This document shows positions 1 through 9,438 of a stretch of DNA of 64,000 nt, piece after piece; positions within the stretch are counted from its first letter, which is position 1, and each line of letters begins with the position of its first letter. The stretch is from Pseudomonadota bacterium (lineage in GTDB: Bacteria > Desulfobacterota > Desulfovibrionia > Desulfovibrionales > Desulfovibrionaceae). The DNA is taken from NCBI GenBank assembly GCA_023399375.1, contig JAEWPX010000048.1, positions 25,319 through 89,318 of the forward strand, given 5' to 3'. Both the position numbers and the translations under genes were made by a program. The notes beneath the pieces were generated by a model. The model saw only the letters and a program-made list of their open reading frames with translations. It ran no database searches and was not told the DNA's origin.

Positions 1-2
1 CG

Positions 3-3000
3 GTCAAGGCCGGCACGGAAGCCGCCGGCCCCGGGGAATCGCTGCCCTTTACCGTCAACGGCCGCTACCTCTTCGGCGCGCCGGGCGCAGACCTGCCCGT
101 GGAGGCCCGGGTGCGGCTGGTCAAGGCGGCGTTCGCGCCCAAGGGCTACGCCGGCTACGTCTTCGGCGACCCGGAGCGCAGCTTCGAGGATACGGAATTT
201 TTCGAGGAGGCCGGCAGCCTCGGCCCCGACGGGCAAGCCTCCTTCGACGCGTCGATCCCCGACGATCTGTCGCCGCCGGCGGCGCTCGAGGCCATCGTCA
301 CGGCGCGCGTGCGCGAAGGCGGCGGCCGGGGCGTCACGGGGCTTACCCGCATCCCGGTCCACGTCTACACCGCCTATCCCGGCCTCAAGCGCCTGGCGAG
401 CGACGCGGCCACGCCCGGCAAGCCCGTGCGCTTCGACTACGTGGTCGTCTCGCCGGACGGTAAGCCCTTGGACGCGCCGGAACTGACGGCCACGCTCTAC
501 CGCGACGCCTGGCAGACGGTGCTGCGCAAAAACCCCGACGGCGCGTTCACCTACGAGTCCGTGCGCGACCCCAAGACCGTGGAGACGCGCACCGTCTCCG
601 CCAAGGGCGGCAAGGGCGCGACGTCCTTCACCCCGCCGACCTTCGGCAGCTACCGCCTGGTCCTCGCCGACCCCGAAAGCGGCGCGTCGTGTCAGCTGGA
701 ATTCTACGCCGGCGGCTTCGGCTATTCGCCCTGGGCCGTGGAGAACCCGGCGCGCATCGAGCTCAAGCCCGACAAGGCCGAGTACGCCTCGGGCGAGACG
801 GCCCGGTTCCAGGTGCGCGCCCCCTTTGCCGGCAAGCTCCTCGTCACGGTCGAAGGCTCGGGCGTGCACGATGTGCAGATCGTGAACCTTCCCGGCAACA
901 CGGGCGAAATCACGGTGCCGGTGCGGCCCGAATACATGCCCGGGGTCTACGTGACCGCGACCCTGGTCAAAAAGGCCGGCGACGTCACGCCGGAAAGCCC
1001 GTCGCGGGCCTTCGGCGCGGCGCCCATGCCCGTGGACAAGGCTTCGGGCCGTTTGCCGCTCGCCGTGACCGCGCCGGAATCCATGCGCCCGGGCGGCAAG
1101 CTCACGGCCGAGGTCTCGGCCCCGCCGGGCAGCGTCGTCACGGTCGCGGCCGTGGACGAGGGCATCCTCCAGCTCATCGCCCAGAAGACGCCCGACCCCT
1201 TCGCGTTTTTCTACGCCAAGCGCCGGCTGCAAGTGGAGACCTTCGACACCTTCTCCCTGCTGTTGCCCGAAGTGCCGCCCGTGATGGGCAAGGCGCTGGC
1301 CGGCGGCGGCGATTCCCTGGAAGACCTCTCCAATTTCGTGCGCACCCAAAGCCCTGGCCGGCGCACCGTGGCCTATTGGTCTGGCCCGGTGTCCGTGGGG
1401 CCCTCGGGCAAGGCGCAGGTCTCCTTCGACATCCCCGAATTCCAGGGCCAGGTGCGGCTCATGGCCGCCGGCGTCTCGGGGCGGCGCTTCGCAGCGGCCG
1501 AAGCCAGGACGTTCGTCAAGAGCCCGCTCGTGCTGCTGCCGTCGTTCCCGCGCTTCCTGGCCTTCGGCGACGTCGCGGACATCCCCGTGACCGTGCGCAA
1601 CGACACGGGCAAGGACGGCTCCTTCGCCATCTCCCTGACCGCGTCCGGTCCGGCGCGCGTGGCCGAACCCACGCGAAACGTCGCCGTCGCCAAGGGCGCG
1701 GCCGCGACCGTGGCCTTCCCGGTCACGGCCGGCGACGCGGAAGGCGTGGCGGAATTCGCCGTGGCGGTTTCCGGCAACGGCGAGCGCTCGGCCGACACCG
1801 CAAGCCTGCCCGTGCGCTCCCCCCTGCCCGCGCGCACCACCATCCGCTCCGGCGCGCTGGAAGCGGCCAGCCTCACCGTGCCGGAACTGGCGTCCAAGGA
1901 GTTCGTGCCCGGCACGGCGCGCCTCGACGTCACGGTCGGCCGCTTTCCGCTCATCCGCTTCACCGGCAACCTCAAGGCGCTGCTGTCCTATCCCTACGGC
2001 TGCCTGGAGCAGACGGTCTCGCGCGCCTTTCCCCTGCTCTACTTCGCCGACCTGGCCCGGGCCCTGGACCCCGGGGCCTTCGACGCCCTCTCGCCCCAGG
2101 GCATGGCCCAAGCCGCCATCAGGCGCATCACCGGCATGCAGCTCTACAACGGCGGTTTTTCCATGTGGCCCGGCGGCTCCGAGCCCCAGGCCTGGATGAG
2201 CCTCTACGCCGCCCATTTCCTGGCCGAGGCGCGCCTGGCCGGCTATCCCGTGGACGCAAACGTGCTCGCCCAGGCCCTGACCTTTGCCGGCGAGACCGGC
2301 AGGCAAGCCGACCTCACGACGCCCGAAGGCCTCACACGGGCGGCCTACGCGCTCTTCGTGCAGGCCAAGGCCGGCCGGGCGGACATTGGGGCCATGGACA
2401 ACCTGCGCGACGCCAAGGCCAAGGCCCTGTCGCCCGAGGCGCGGGGACTGCTCGGCGCGGCCTACGCCGCCGTGGGCAACTCCCGCACCGCGGACGCCCT
2501 GGTCTCGGGCCCCATGCCGGGCGGCGAAATACAAAAGGAAACCGGCGGCAACCTGTCCTCGCCCCTGCGCGACAAGGCACTGTTCCTCTCGGCCCTGCTC
2601 GACGCCGCCCCGGCCGACCCGAGGCTTCCTAGCCTCGCCGAGGACGTCGGGCGGCTGCTCGAGGGCGAGCCTTACCCCTCGACCCAGGAAAACGCCTTCG
2701 CCCTGCTGGCCCTTGGCAAGTACTACGCCCGGCAACAGGCCAAAAAGCCCTTCTCGGGAACGCTTTACGCCGGAACGGGCGTGCTGTCCGATTTCAGCAG
2801 CGACAAGGCGCTGAGCCTGCGCGGCCTGCCCCAGTCCGGGGACCTGCGCATCAGCGTGGACGACGGCTTCGAGCCCGGAGCCTGCTTCTACAGCGTGCGT
2901 ACTCGAGCCGTGCCGACGCCGGCCGCCTACGCGCCCCAGGCCGCGGGCCTCGAGGTCGAGCGGACGTTCCTCGGCCGCGACGGCACGCCCCTGGCGCCGG

Positions 3001-3386
3001 GCGCGGCCGTGCCCCAGGGCGCGCTCGTAGTCGTCAGGTTCGCCGTGCGCGCGACCAAGGGGCCGGTGGCCAACGTCGTGCTCGAAAACCTGCTCCCGGC
3101 GGGGCTCGAGGTGGAAAATCCGCGTCTTTCCACCACCGAGCGCCTGCCCTGGATGGAGGCGGCGGACGAAAACGACGCACCCGCCTATCTCGACATGCGC
3201 GACGACCGCACTCTGGCCTTCACCGACCTCAAGGACACGAAGTGGCGCGTGTCCTATGCCCTGCTCCGGGCCGTTACGCCGGGCAGCTTCACCGTTCCGC
3301 CCGCCCAGGCCGAGGCCATGTACGCCCCGGAATTGCGCGCCGGTGGTCCCATCTCCAAGCTGACCGTGTCCGCTCCGGTCAAGTAG
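3..3386 (+). CDS. alpha-2-macroglobulin family protein, thioester type (5' end lies outside the window)
   Basis: The frame is open from the window edge to TAG at 3384-3386. 'YPYGCLEQTVSRAF' (TGC CTG GAG CAG at 2001-2012) is the CxEQ thioester motif of bacterial A2M/YfhM-like proteins. More than 1100 aa of beta-rich MG-domain-like sequence. Confidence 0.85.
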   Translation, partial: VKAGTEAAGPGESLPFTVNGRYLFGAPGADLPVEARVRLVKAAFAPKGYAGYVFGDPERSFEDTEFFEEAGSLGPDGQASFDASIPDDLSPPAALEAIVTARVREGGGRGVTGLTRIPVHVYTAYPGLKRLASDAATPGKPVRFDYVVVSPDGKPLDAPELTATLYRDAWQTVLRKNPDGAFTYESVRDPKTVETRTVSAKGGKGATSFTPPTFGSYRLVLADPESGASCQLEFYAGGFGYSPWAVENPARIELKPDKAEYASGETARFQVRAPFAGKLLVTVEGSGVHDVQIVNLPGNTGEITVPVRPEYMPGVYVTATLVKKAGDVTPESPSRAFGAAPMPVDKASGRLPLAVTAPESMRPGGKLTAEVSAPPGSVVTVAAVDEGILQLIAQKTPDPFAFFYAKRRLQVETFDTFSLLLPEVPPVMGKALAGGGDSLEDLSNFVRTQSPGRRTVAYWSGPVSVGPSGKAQVSFDIPEFQGQVRLMAAGVSGRRFAAAEARTFVKSPLVLLPSFPRFLAFGDVADIPVTVRNDTGKDGSFAISLTASGPARVAEPTRNVAVAKGAAATVAFPVTAGDAEGVAEFAVAVSGNGERSADTASLPVRSPLPARTTIRSGALEAASLTVPELASKEFVPGTARLDVTVGRFPLIRFTGNLKALLSYPYGCLEQTVSRAFPLLYFADLARALDPGAFDALSPQGMAQAAIRRITGMQLYNGGFSMWPGGSEPQAWMSLYAAHFLAEARLAGYPVDANVLAQALTFAGETGRQADLTTPEGLTRAAYALFVQAKAGRADIGAMDNLRDAKAKALSPEARGLLGAAYAAVGNSRTADALVSGPMPGGEIQKETGGNLSSPLRDKALFLSALLDAAPADPRLPSLAEDVGRLLEGEPYPSTQENAFALLALGKYYARQQAKKPFSGTLYAGTGVLSDFSSDKALSLRGLPQSGDLRISVDDGFEPGACFYSVRTRAVPTPAAYAPQAAGLEVERTFLGRDGTPLAPGAAVPQGALVVVRFAVRATKGPVANVVLENLLPAGLEVENPRLSTTERLPWMEAADENDAPAYLDMRDDRTLAFTDLKDTKWRVSYALLRAVTPGSFTVPPAQAEAMYAPELRAGGPISKLTVSAPVK

Positions 3387-3396
3387 AGCGCAACCC

Positions 3397-4674
3397 ATGG
3401 AAAAGTTCGCCAAGCTCGTCAGCACCTGCGCCAAGAACGGCATTACCGACCTGCATATCCGCACCGGCCAGCCCGTGGCCGTACGCAAAAACGGGCACCT
3501 GCACTTCCAGCGCGACATCATTTTCGACAGCGCGGACATGGAAGAGCTCATGAACCGCCTCACGTCCGAACGACAGCGCCGCCAGCTCGCCGAACGCTGG
3601 TCCGTGGACTTCTCGGCCTACCTCCAGGACGCCCAGATGCGGCTCAACGCCTTCTACTCCGCCGACGGCCTGGGACTGGCCGTACGCTTCCTGCCGTCGG
3701 TGGTGCCGGACTTCGAGTCCCTGAACCTCCATCCGTCCCTGCGCGACCTGTGCGCGCTGCACCACGGGCTCATCCTCATCTGCGGCCCCACGGGCAACGG
3801 CAAATCCACGACCATCGCGGCCATGATCCGCGAGATCAACCAGACCCGCGCCGCCCACGTCATCACCCTGGAAGACCCCATCGAATACCGGTTTTCTTCG
3901 GAAAAGGCGCTCATGGACCAACGCGAGCTCGGGGCGCATTTCCTGAGCTTCGAGCAGGGGCTGCTCGACATCCTGCGCGAGGACGCGGACGTCATCATGG
4001 TGGGCGAGCTGCGCGACCCGGAGACCATGCGCCTGACGATCAACGCCGCCGAGGCCGGGCACCTCGTTATCGCCACCCTTCACGCCGGCACACCCGAGGA
4101 GGCGCTCCTGCGTCTGTGCAACGCCTTCGGCGAGGGGGCCCAGGATTTCGCCCGGGCGCAGATCGCCTCGTGCCTGGGCGCGGTAGTGGTGCAGCACATG
4201 GAGATCCTGCCCCGGGTCGGATTCCGCGCCCCGGTGCTCTCCATCCTGCGCAGCAACAACTCCGTCAAAAACATCATCCGGGAAAACCGCCTCAACCAGC
4301 TCGAAAGCATCATGCAGGCCGGCAAAGGCGAAGGCATGTTCACCTTCGAGCGCTACCGCGAGGATTTCCTGGACCAGAAGCCGAAGCTGACGCCGCCGAC
4401 CGTGGCCTTCCGCCCGAGCCAGAACGCCGCGCCGCCCATGCGCCCCATCGAGGCCCCGCAAACCCCGTCCATGCAGGCGACGCACCAGCAGTCACCCCAG
4501 GTTGCACCCGCGCCCCAGGCCGGTCCGTTGTCGCCGCCTCCGACCCATGCGGCTCCAGCAGCCGCCATGGGGACGTCGCGCCTCGGCGACCACCCGAGTA
4601 CGGGTCCCTACCGCATCGACGACGAGCAGCCCCTGGAAGAGCTCGTGGAGCTGATGCGCCGAAAAATGCCCTAG
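3397..4674 (+). CDS. PilT-like type IV pilus retraction / secretion ATPase with a Pro-rich C-terminal tail
   Basis: Walker A 'GPTGNGKSTT', 'DVIMVGELRD' and 'IATLHAG' boxes typical of PilT/PilU. The last ~95 aa are a P/A/Q-rich low-complexity tail. The stop TAG shares the palindrome CTAG (4671-4674) with the convergent GGDEF gene. Confidence 0.8.
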   Translation: MEKFAKLVSTCAKNGITDLHIRTGQPVAVRKNGHLHFQRDIIFDSADMEELMNRLTSERQRRQLAERWSVDFSAYLQDAQMRLNAFYSADGLGLAVRFLPSVVPDFESLNLHPSLRDLCALHHGLILICGPTGNGKSTTIAAMIREINQTRAAHVITLEDPIEYRFSSEKALMDQRELGAHFLSFEQGLLDILREDADVIMVGELRDPETMRLTINAAEAGHLVIATLHAGTPEEALLRLCNAFGEGAQDFARAQIASCLGAVVVQHMEILPRVGFRAPVLSILRSNNSVKNIIRENRLNQLESIMQAGKGEGMFTFERYREDFLDQKPKLTPPTVAFRPSQNAAPPMRPIEAPQTPSMQATHQQSPQVAPAPQAGPLSPPPTHAAPAAAMGTSRLGDHPSTGPYRIDDEQPLEELVELMRRKMP

Positions 4675-6335
4675 CCCGGCGTGTCGCCGTCCTCCGCGCA
4701 GACATCCTCGCGCAGGACGTAGCGGTTCTTGCCGAGCCGCTTGGCCTCGTACATGGCCGCATCGGCCATATCGAGGGCGTGCTTGAGGCTCGGCTCGCCT
4801 CCCCGGCAAAGCGACACGCCGATGCTGCACCCGAGGCCAAAGCCCAGGCCGCCGACGCCCGCCACGATCCGCGCGGCCATGGACGCGGCCGCCGCGCGCA
4901 AGTGGCTCTGCTGCGCCGTCAGGCAAACCACGAACTCGTCGCCGCCCAAGCGGCCGGCCACGTCCGTTTCGCGGACGTTGTCCCGCAGCACCCGGGCCGT
5001 TTGCGCCAGCACCCGGTCGCCCTGCTCGTGGCCGTGGACGTCGTTGACCTGCTTGAAGCCGTCGAGATCGATGAACATGACCGCAAGACCCAGGTCCGGC
5101 TCCTGGCGCACCGCATCCTCGAGCTTCCTGGCCAGCTCCCAAAAACGGTTGCGCATGGGCAGGCCCGTGAGGCTGTCTATGAGGGCCTGTTCCTCGCGGT
5201 CCCTGGCCGCAAGCAGACAGGCGCGCACCTCGCCCATTTCACGGATGATGACGCCCGCGTCGTACGGCCGCTCCCCTTGGGATATTTCCGTCGAAGCGGC
5301 GATCAGCACGGAAACGTCGTGCTCCAGGCGGCGGGCCAGCCAGAGCGAGGCCGCGAACCCCGCCGCCAGGCACAGCAGACCGGCCACGCCGAAACGAAGA
5401 AGCATCCGGCGCAGCGGCGCAACGAACGCCTCCTCCGGGACGCCGATGACCACGGTCCACCCCCAGTCGCCCACCTCGGCCCTGGCCACGATCACGGGCT
5501 GGCTCATGCCGCCGGAGACGGTCGCACCGTTGTCCTCGGGCTTTGCCGCGTCGATCTCCCTGCCCGTGCCTTCGCCGAGCACGGCCCCAAGGAGCGTCGT
5601 GGGATCATAGGACGCGACGATGGTATCGCCGGCCAGGATGCCCACGCTCCAATCATCGGGCAGGTGCTGCTGTCCGAGCAGGGTGTAGAGGTCGACGACA
5701 GGCGTGAGGGCGCGCAAACAATATCGCGCCTGCGCGCCCACGAATACGGGCACGCCGAGGGCCACCAACCGGGTGTGGGAAATCGTGCCCACGAACGGCC
5801 CCGAAACCAGGGGATAACCTGTTTCGATGACGCGGTTGGCGGAATCCGGGTCGCTGGTTTCGGGAAGCCGCTCGCCGAAGGGGCGCTGGGTATTGAACAG
5901 GATCGCGCCGTCGCGGTTCACCAGGGAAATGGCGAAGCTGCCGGCCTCGCGCGCCACGAGCCTTGCGGCGTGGGCGTACAGGGCTTCCAGGTCGTTCCTG
6001 CGCCCGGCGTCGCTTTCGGCGACGGCGGCGAGCATGGAGGCCCGGGCCGCCAGATGCCGTCCCACGACGGAGGCGATGGCCAGGGCGCGGCGTTTGAGCG
6101 ACACCGTTTCGCTTTCCCGCTGGCTTTTGATGGAATCGAGCAGCATGACGCAAGAGAAAAGCGCCATGGGCACGGCGGCAAGGGCCGCCAAGAGCAGCAG
6201 CCAGGAGTGGAAGGCGACGCGTGGCGTTCCGGATTGCGGCATGGGCTTCTCCTCGCAGGGGATGCCCGTATACGACAGGGCGGTGTTCCCTTGTAACCAA
6301 AGTCGGACGACGCGCGCAACGCCACTGCGCGCCAA
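4671..6335 (-). CDS. diguanylate cyclase (GGDEF) with periplasmic sensor region
   Basis: C-terminal 'FIDLDGFKQVNDVHGH' and 'RLGGDEFVV' GGDEF signature. Two TM helices flank a ~270-aa periplasmic, Cache-like region. A more likely start is ATG 6242 (MPQSG..), just before the first TM helix. Confidence 0.85.
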   Translation of the reverse strand: MARSGVARVVRLWLQGNTALSYTGIPCEEKPMPQSGTPRVAFHSWLLLLAALAAVPMALFSCVMLLDSIKSQRESETVSLKRRALAIASVVGRHLAARASMLAAVAESDAGRRNDLEALYAHAARLVAREAGSFAISLVNRDGAILFNTQRPFGERLPETSDPDSANRVIETGYPLVSGPFVGTISHTRLVALGVPVFVGAQARYCLRALTPVVDLYTLLGQQHLPDDWSVGILAGDTIVASYDPTTLLGAVLGEGTGREIDAAKPEDNGATVSGGMSQPVIVARAEVGDWGWTVVIGVPEEAFVAPLRRMLLRFGVAGLLCLAAGFAASLWLARRLEHDVSVLIAASTEISQGERPYDAGVIIREMGEVRACLLAARDREEQALIDSLTGLPMRNRFWELARKLEDAVRQEPDLGLAVMFIDLDGFKQVNDVHGHEQGDRVLAQTARVLRDNVRETDVAGRLGGDEFVVCLTAQQSHLRAAAASMAARIVAGVGGLGFGLGCSIGVSLCRGGEPSLKHALDMADAAMYEAKRLGKNRYVLREDVCAEDGDTPG

Positions 6336-6353
6336 GCCGGCGCAAAATGCTGC

Positions 6354-7238
6354 TCAGACCGGCCGTTTGTCCGCGGTCGCGGCCAGGAAGGCGACAGCCC
6401 TGGCAATGACCGTCGGGTGCCAGAGCATGCCCAGGTGGGAGACGGCCGGCGTCGCTTCCTCGCGCCAACCGGGGCGGCCCAGGGCAAGCCCGGCCAGGGG
6501 CGTGACCATGGCGTCCACGGGCGAGGCCAGGGACAACAGCGCAGCCTCCGGAGGATCGGGCAGCGTCGCCACGATGCGGCAAACGGGACCGCCCGGGACA
6601 AGTCCGCGCCCCAGGCGGCCGAAGGCCAGGGCGGCGAGGCTGCTGCCGCCGTGGGGCGCGCCGAGGGTCACGCAGGCCAGGGTGCGGCGGCCGAGATCCG
6701 CTTCGGCCATCAGCCGCCGCGCGAGAAGCCCGCCCAGGCTGTGGCCGAGGAAGCACAACGGCGCATCGGACGGCAGCCCGTCGCGCAACCGGGCGGCGAG
6801 CGCCTGGGCCACGGCTTCGAACTCCGTCCCCAGCGAAGGATAGCCGGGGCATAGGACGAGGCCGAAGCCGCGCCGGGCGAGGGCTGGCCGGAAACACAGG
6901 AAGGCGGCGGGATTGTGGTATAGCCCGTGCAGGCAGACCACGACCGGTCCGCGCCCCAGGGGCATGCGGCGTGGCGTGCGGCCGGCCAGCGGCCCAAGCG
7001 GCAGGGTCAGGCCCATGGCGCAATACCCGCCAAGGCTCGTGACCAGGGCCAGGAGCCGGCAGCGCAGCCTCCGGCCCCGGCAGGCGGCCGCCAGAAACGG
7101 CGGCGGCGCGTGGCGCATGGCGGCGCAAAAGGCCCAGAGCTGGCTCACGGCCATTGCGGCAACCGCTATCAGCAGGCCGCTGGCGGCCAGGATGGCGAGT
7201 CCCCTGAAAAGAAGCGCAAAGTCCGAGTGTGGCAGCAT
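6354..7238 (-). CDS. alpha/beta hydrolase (lipase/esterase-like), membrane anchored
   Basis: Nucleophile elbow 'GHSLGG', 'VVCLHG' oxyanion region and 'GAPHGGS'. N-terminal hydrophobic helices. Confidence 0.7.
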   Translation of the reverse strand: MLPHSDFALLFRGLAILAASGLLIAVAAMAVSQLWAFCAAMRHAPPPFLAAACRGRRLRCRLLALVTSLGGYCAMGLTLPLGPLAGRTPRRMPLGRGPVVVCLHGLYHNPAAFLCFRPALARRGFGLVLCPGYPSLGTEFEAVAQALAARLRDGLPSDAPLCFLGHSLGGLLARRLMAEADLGRRTLACVTLGAPHGGSSLAALAFGRLGRGLVPGGPVCRIVATLPDPPEAALLSLASPVDAMVTPLAGLALGRPGWREEATPAVSHLGMLWHPTVIARAVAFLAATADKRPV

Positions 7239-7300
7239 GGTTTCATCATAGCGAAATCGCAGAGGAAAACAAGAAAGTTTCGCGGGGGCGCAAAAAATCG

Positions 7301-7329
7301 TTGACGAGGGGGGGCCAGGTGCGTAGATA
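7301..7329 (+). promoter_or_regulatory. putative sigma70-type promoter of the tRNA-Val/tRNA-Asp unit
   Basis: TTGACG (7301-7306), 17 nt, TAGATA (7324-7329). An A-tract lies upstream and a GC-rich discriminator downstream. The tRNA starts 17 nt after the -10 element. Confidence 0.45.
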
Positions 7330-7345
7330 CCGTGTCTCGCCGGGC

Positions 7346-7421
7346 GGGCGGGTAGCTCAGCTGGGAGAGCATCGGCCTTACAAGCCGAGGGTCACAGGTT
7401 CGAGTCCTGTTCCGCCTACCA
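7346..7421 (+). tRNA. tRNA-Val (anticodon TAC)
   Basis: Manual cloverleaf: acceptor GGGCGGG/TCCGCCT (two terminal G-U pairs), D stem GCTC/GAGC, anticodon stem TCGGC/GCCGA with loop CTTACAA, T arm ACAGG-TTCGAGT-CCTGT, encoded CCA. Close to the E. coli tRNA-Val layout. Confidence 0.9.
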
Positions 7422-7430
7422 GAGATATGC

Positions 7431-7507
7431 GGGGTCGTAGTTAAGCTGGTTATAACGCCGGCCTGTCACGTCGGAGGGCGCGAGTTCAAGTCTCGTCGGC
7501 CCCGCCA
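7431..7507 (+). tRNA. tRNA-Asp (anticodon GTC)
   Basis: Acceptor GGGGTCG/CGGCCCC, anticodon stem CCGGC/GTCGG with loop CTGTCAC, T arm GCGAG-TTCAAGT-CTCGT, discriminator G, encoded CCA. Confidence 0.9.
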
Positions 7508-7515
7508 GAAAGTCC

Positions 7516-7552
7516 AGGGAGTCAGATGTAAATCCGACTCCCTTTTTCTTTT
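7516..7552 (+). terminator. rho-independent terminator after the tRNA pair
   Basis: Stem AGGGAGTC / GACTCCCT followed by TTTTTCTTTT. Confidence 0.7.
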
Positions 7553-7827
7553 GCTGCGGATTTTCCCCCGCACTATTCCCACGGGCACCATAAAAACCGG
7601 TCAAACTCGATACTATAAGCCGGGGCACATCCAGTTCGCCACCCTATCGATTTTTTCCCTTCCGTTTGAACCCTCCCGACGGGAAATGCCGTCCACCGTC
7701 ACGGGCAAGAACCTGAAGCGGGAAAAGCTGTGGGCCAGCCTGCGGATGTCGCTCAAGGAATACGAGATGAAGCGCACGCAAAGAACGCTGGTGCGAGTCG
7801 AGGCATATGGTATTATGCAAAAATATT

Positions 7828-9438
7828 TTATTCATTCAAAGAATTGTCTTTTATAGTTTGAAATATGACTTGCTTGAGCTCTTGCATTTCTATTGGCTTT
7901 GCAATATAAGCATCCATCCCAGCATTTATAAACTCAAATTTTTCCTCCTGCATAGCATAAGCTGTCATTGCGATGATGGGTATGTTCTTTTTTGACTCAC
8001 CACTCGCTCCGCAACGGATAGCTCTAGTCGTTTCGACTCCATTCATATTGGGCATTTGTATGTCCATAAGGATCAGGTCAAAATGTTCTACCGCAAGCAT
8101 GCGTAGTACTGTTTGGCCATCTTTTGCACACTTTGTTTGCAAACCAATTTTATTGAGCATCTTAATTTCAAGAAAAAGATTGTCTGCGTCATCTTCTGCG
8201 AGGAGCACTTTTAGCGCACAGACCCCTCGGGGGGATTCCGTTTCGTGCTTCCGAGAAGCCGGTGCGGCATAGGGCTGCCGTAAGGGTAAGCAGAGGTAGG
8301 CGGTTGTTCCCTCGCCCTCGATGCTGTCGATATCAAGGGCTCCACCAAGCAGCGAGACGAGTCGACGCACGATGGCCAGGCCCAGCCCCGCGCCCTGGAA
8401 CTGACGGGTGTAAGTCCCCTCGGCCTGATTGAAGGGTTCGAAAATACTTTTGAGCAGGTGGGCCGGGATGCCGATGCCCGTGTCGCTCACCGTGAAAAGC
8501 GCGCGCAGGCTGCCGTCGCCCCGGACGTGCAGGGGCGCAGCGGTGACGGTCACTTCGCCGCGCTCGGTGAATTTCAGGGCATTGCCCACCAGATTGAACA
8601 GGATCTGGCGCAGTCGCGTGTCATCGCCGACCAGCGATGGAGGCATGCTCGCGTCGATGCGAAAGTCGAGGCGGAGCCCTTTTTCCAGGGCAAGTTGAGA
8701 AAAGGTATCGATGACGGCGTCCTTCTGGCTGGTCAGGGTGAACGTCGTTTCCACGACGGACAGCTTCCCCGCTTCGACCTGCGACAGGTCGAGGATGTCG
8801 GACAGCAGGCGCGTCAGCCGGTGGGAGGCCCTGACGGCATTGGCGATGTACTCGTCCTGCTCCGCATCGGTCGTGGTGGTTTGCAGCAACTGGAGCATGC
8901 CGAGGATACCGTTGAGGGGCGTGCGTATTTCGTGGCTCATGTTCGCGAGGAACTCGCTTTTGGTCCTGCTGGCGGCCTTGGCTTCCTCCATGGCCTTTTG
9001 CAACTGGATCGTTCGCTCCCGGACGCGCTCCTCCAGTTCCGTTTCCGTCCGCTTCTTGTGGATGGCGTAGCGGATGGAGCGTTCGAGGATGTGGGCATTG
9101 AGCATGGACTTGGACAGGTAATCCGTGGCCCCCGCTTCCATGGCCTTGATATCGACTTCGCGGTCGCCCTGGCCGGTGAGGAAGATGGCCGGCACCGGCA
9201 GGCCACGGCGGGAAAATTCCCGCAGCAGCTCCAGGCCGGAGCGCGCGCCCAATTGGTAATCCACGAAGCAGACGTCGAAATGTTCCGTCTCCAGGGTGGC
9301 CAGCGCTTCGTCGTAGCCGGGAGACCATTTGACAGAGCAGGCCCGGCCAGGAATCTTGGCGAACTGCGCCGCAGCGAGGAGGAAGTCCTCCTCGTCGTCG
9401 TCGATGACCAGGATGTTTATGGGCTCAGCCATGGGCAT
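7828..9438 (-). CDS. hybrid sensor histidine kinase / response regulator (REC-HisKA-HATPase-REC)
   Basis: N-terminal receiver ('[10 protein letters not shown]', 'VDYQLG', 'FLTGQGD', 'DYLSK'). H-box '[14 protein letters not shown]'. ATPase G-boxes 'DTGIGI' and 'GAGLGLAIV'. C-terminal receiver ('LLAEDD', 'ILMDIQMP', 'AMTAY', 'AKP'). The start overlaps the upstream kinase by 14 nt. Confidence 0.9.
   Translation of the reverse strand: MPMAEPINILVIDDDEEDFLLAAAQFAKIPGRACSVKWSPGYDEALATLETEHFDVCFVDYQLGARSGLELLREFSRRGLPVPAIFLTGQGDREVDIKAMEAGATDYLSKSMLNAHILERSIRYAIHKKRTETELEERVRERTIQLQKAMEEAKAASRTKSEFLANMSHEIRTPLNGILGMLQLLQTTTTDAEQDEYIANAVRASHRLTRLLSDILDLSQVEAGKLSVVETTFTLTSQKDAVIDTFSQLALEKGLRLDFRIDASMPPSLVGDDTRLRQILFNLVGNALKFTERGEVTVTAAPLHVRGDGSLRALFTVSDTGIGIPAHLLKSIFEPFNQAEGTYTRQFQGAGLGLAIVRRLVSLLGGALDIDSIEGEGTTAYLCLPLRQPYAAPASRKHETESPRGVCALKVLLAEDDADNLFLEIKMLNKIGLQTKCAKDGQTVLRMLAVEHFDLILMDIQMPNMNGVETTRAIRCGASGESKKNIPIIAMTAYAMQEEKFEFINAGMDAYIAKPIEMQELKQVIFQTIKDNSLNE

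Noticed and set aside
689-2632. 647-aa off-frame ORF inside the alpha-2-macroglobulin gene
   Set aside because: Extreme Arg/Gly/Pro composition and no start context. The A2M frame carries the thioester motif.
3750-6296. 848-aa ORF spanning the pilT-like gene (off-frame) and the antisense of the GGDEF gene
   Set aside because: It crosses two well-supported genes and is low complexity. A GC artefact.
7551-7856. 101-aa ORF in the moderately AT-rich gap after the tRNA terminator. I considered it a possible integrase or phage remnant.
   Set aside because: No SD and no recognisable integrase or recombinase motifs. I also could not find a repeat of the tRNA-Asp 3' end. It is kept only as context for the mosaic-kinase finding.
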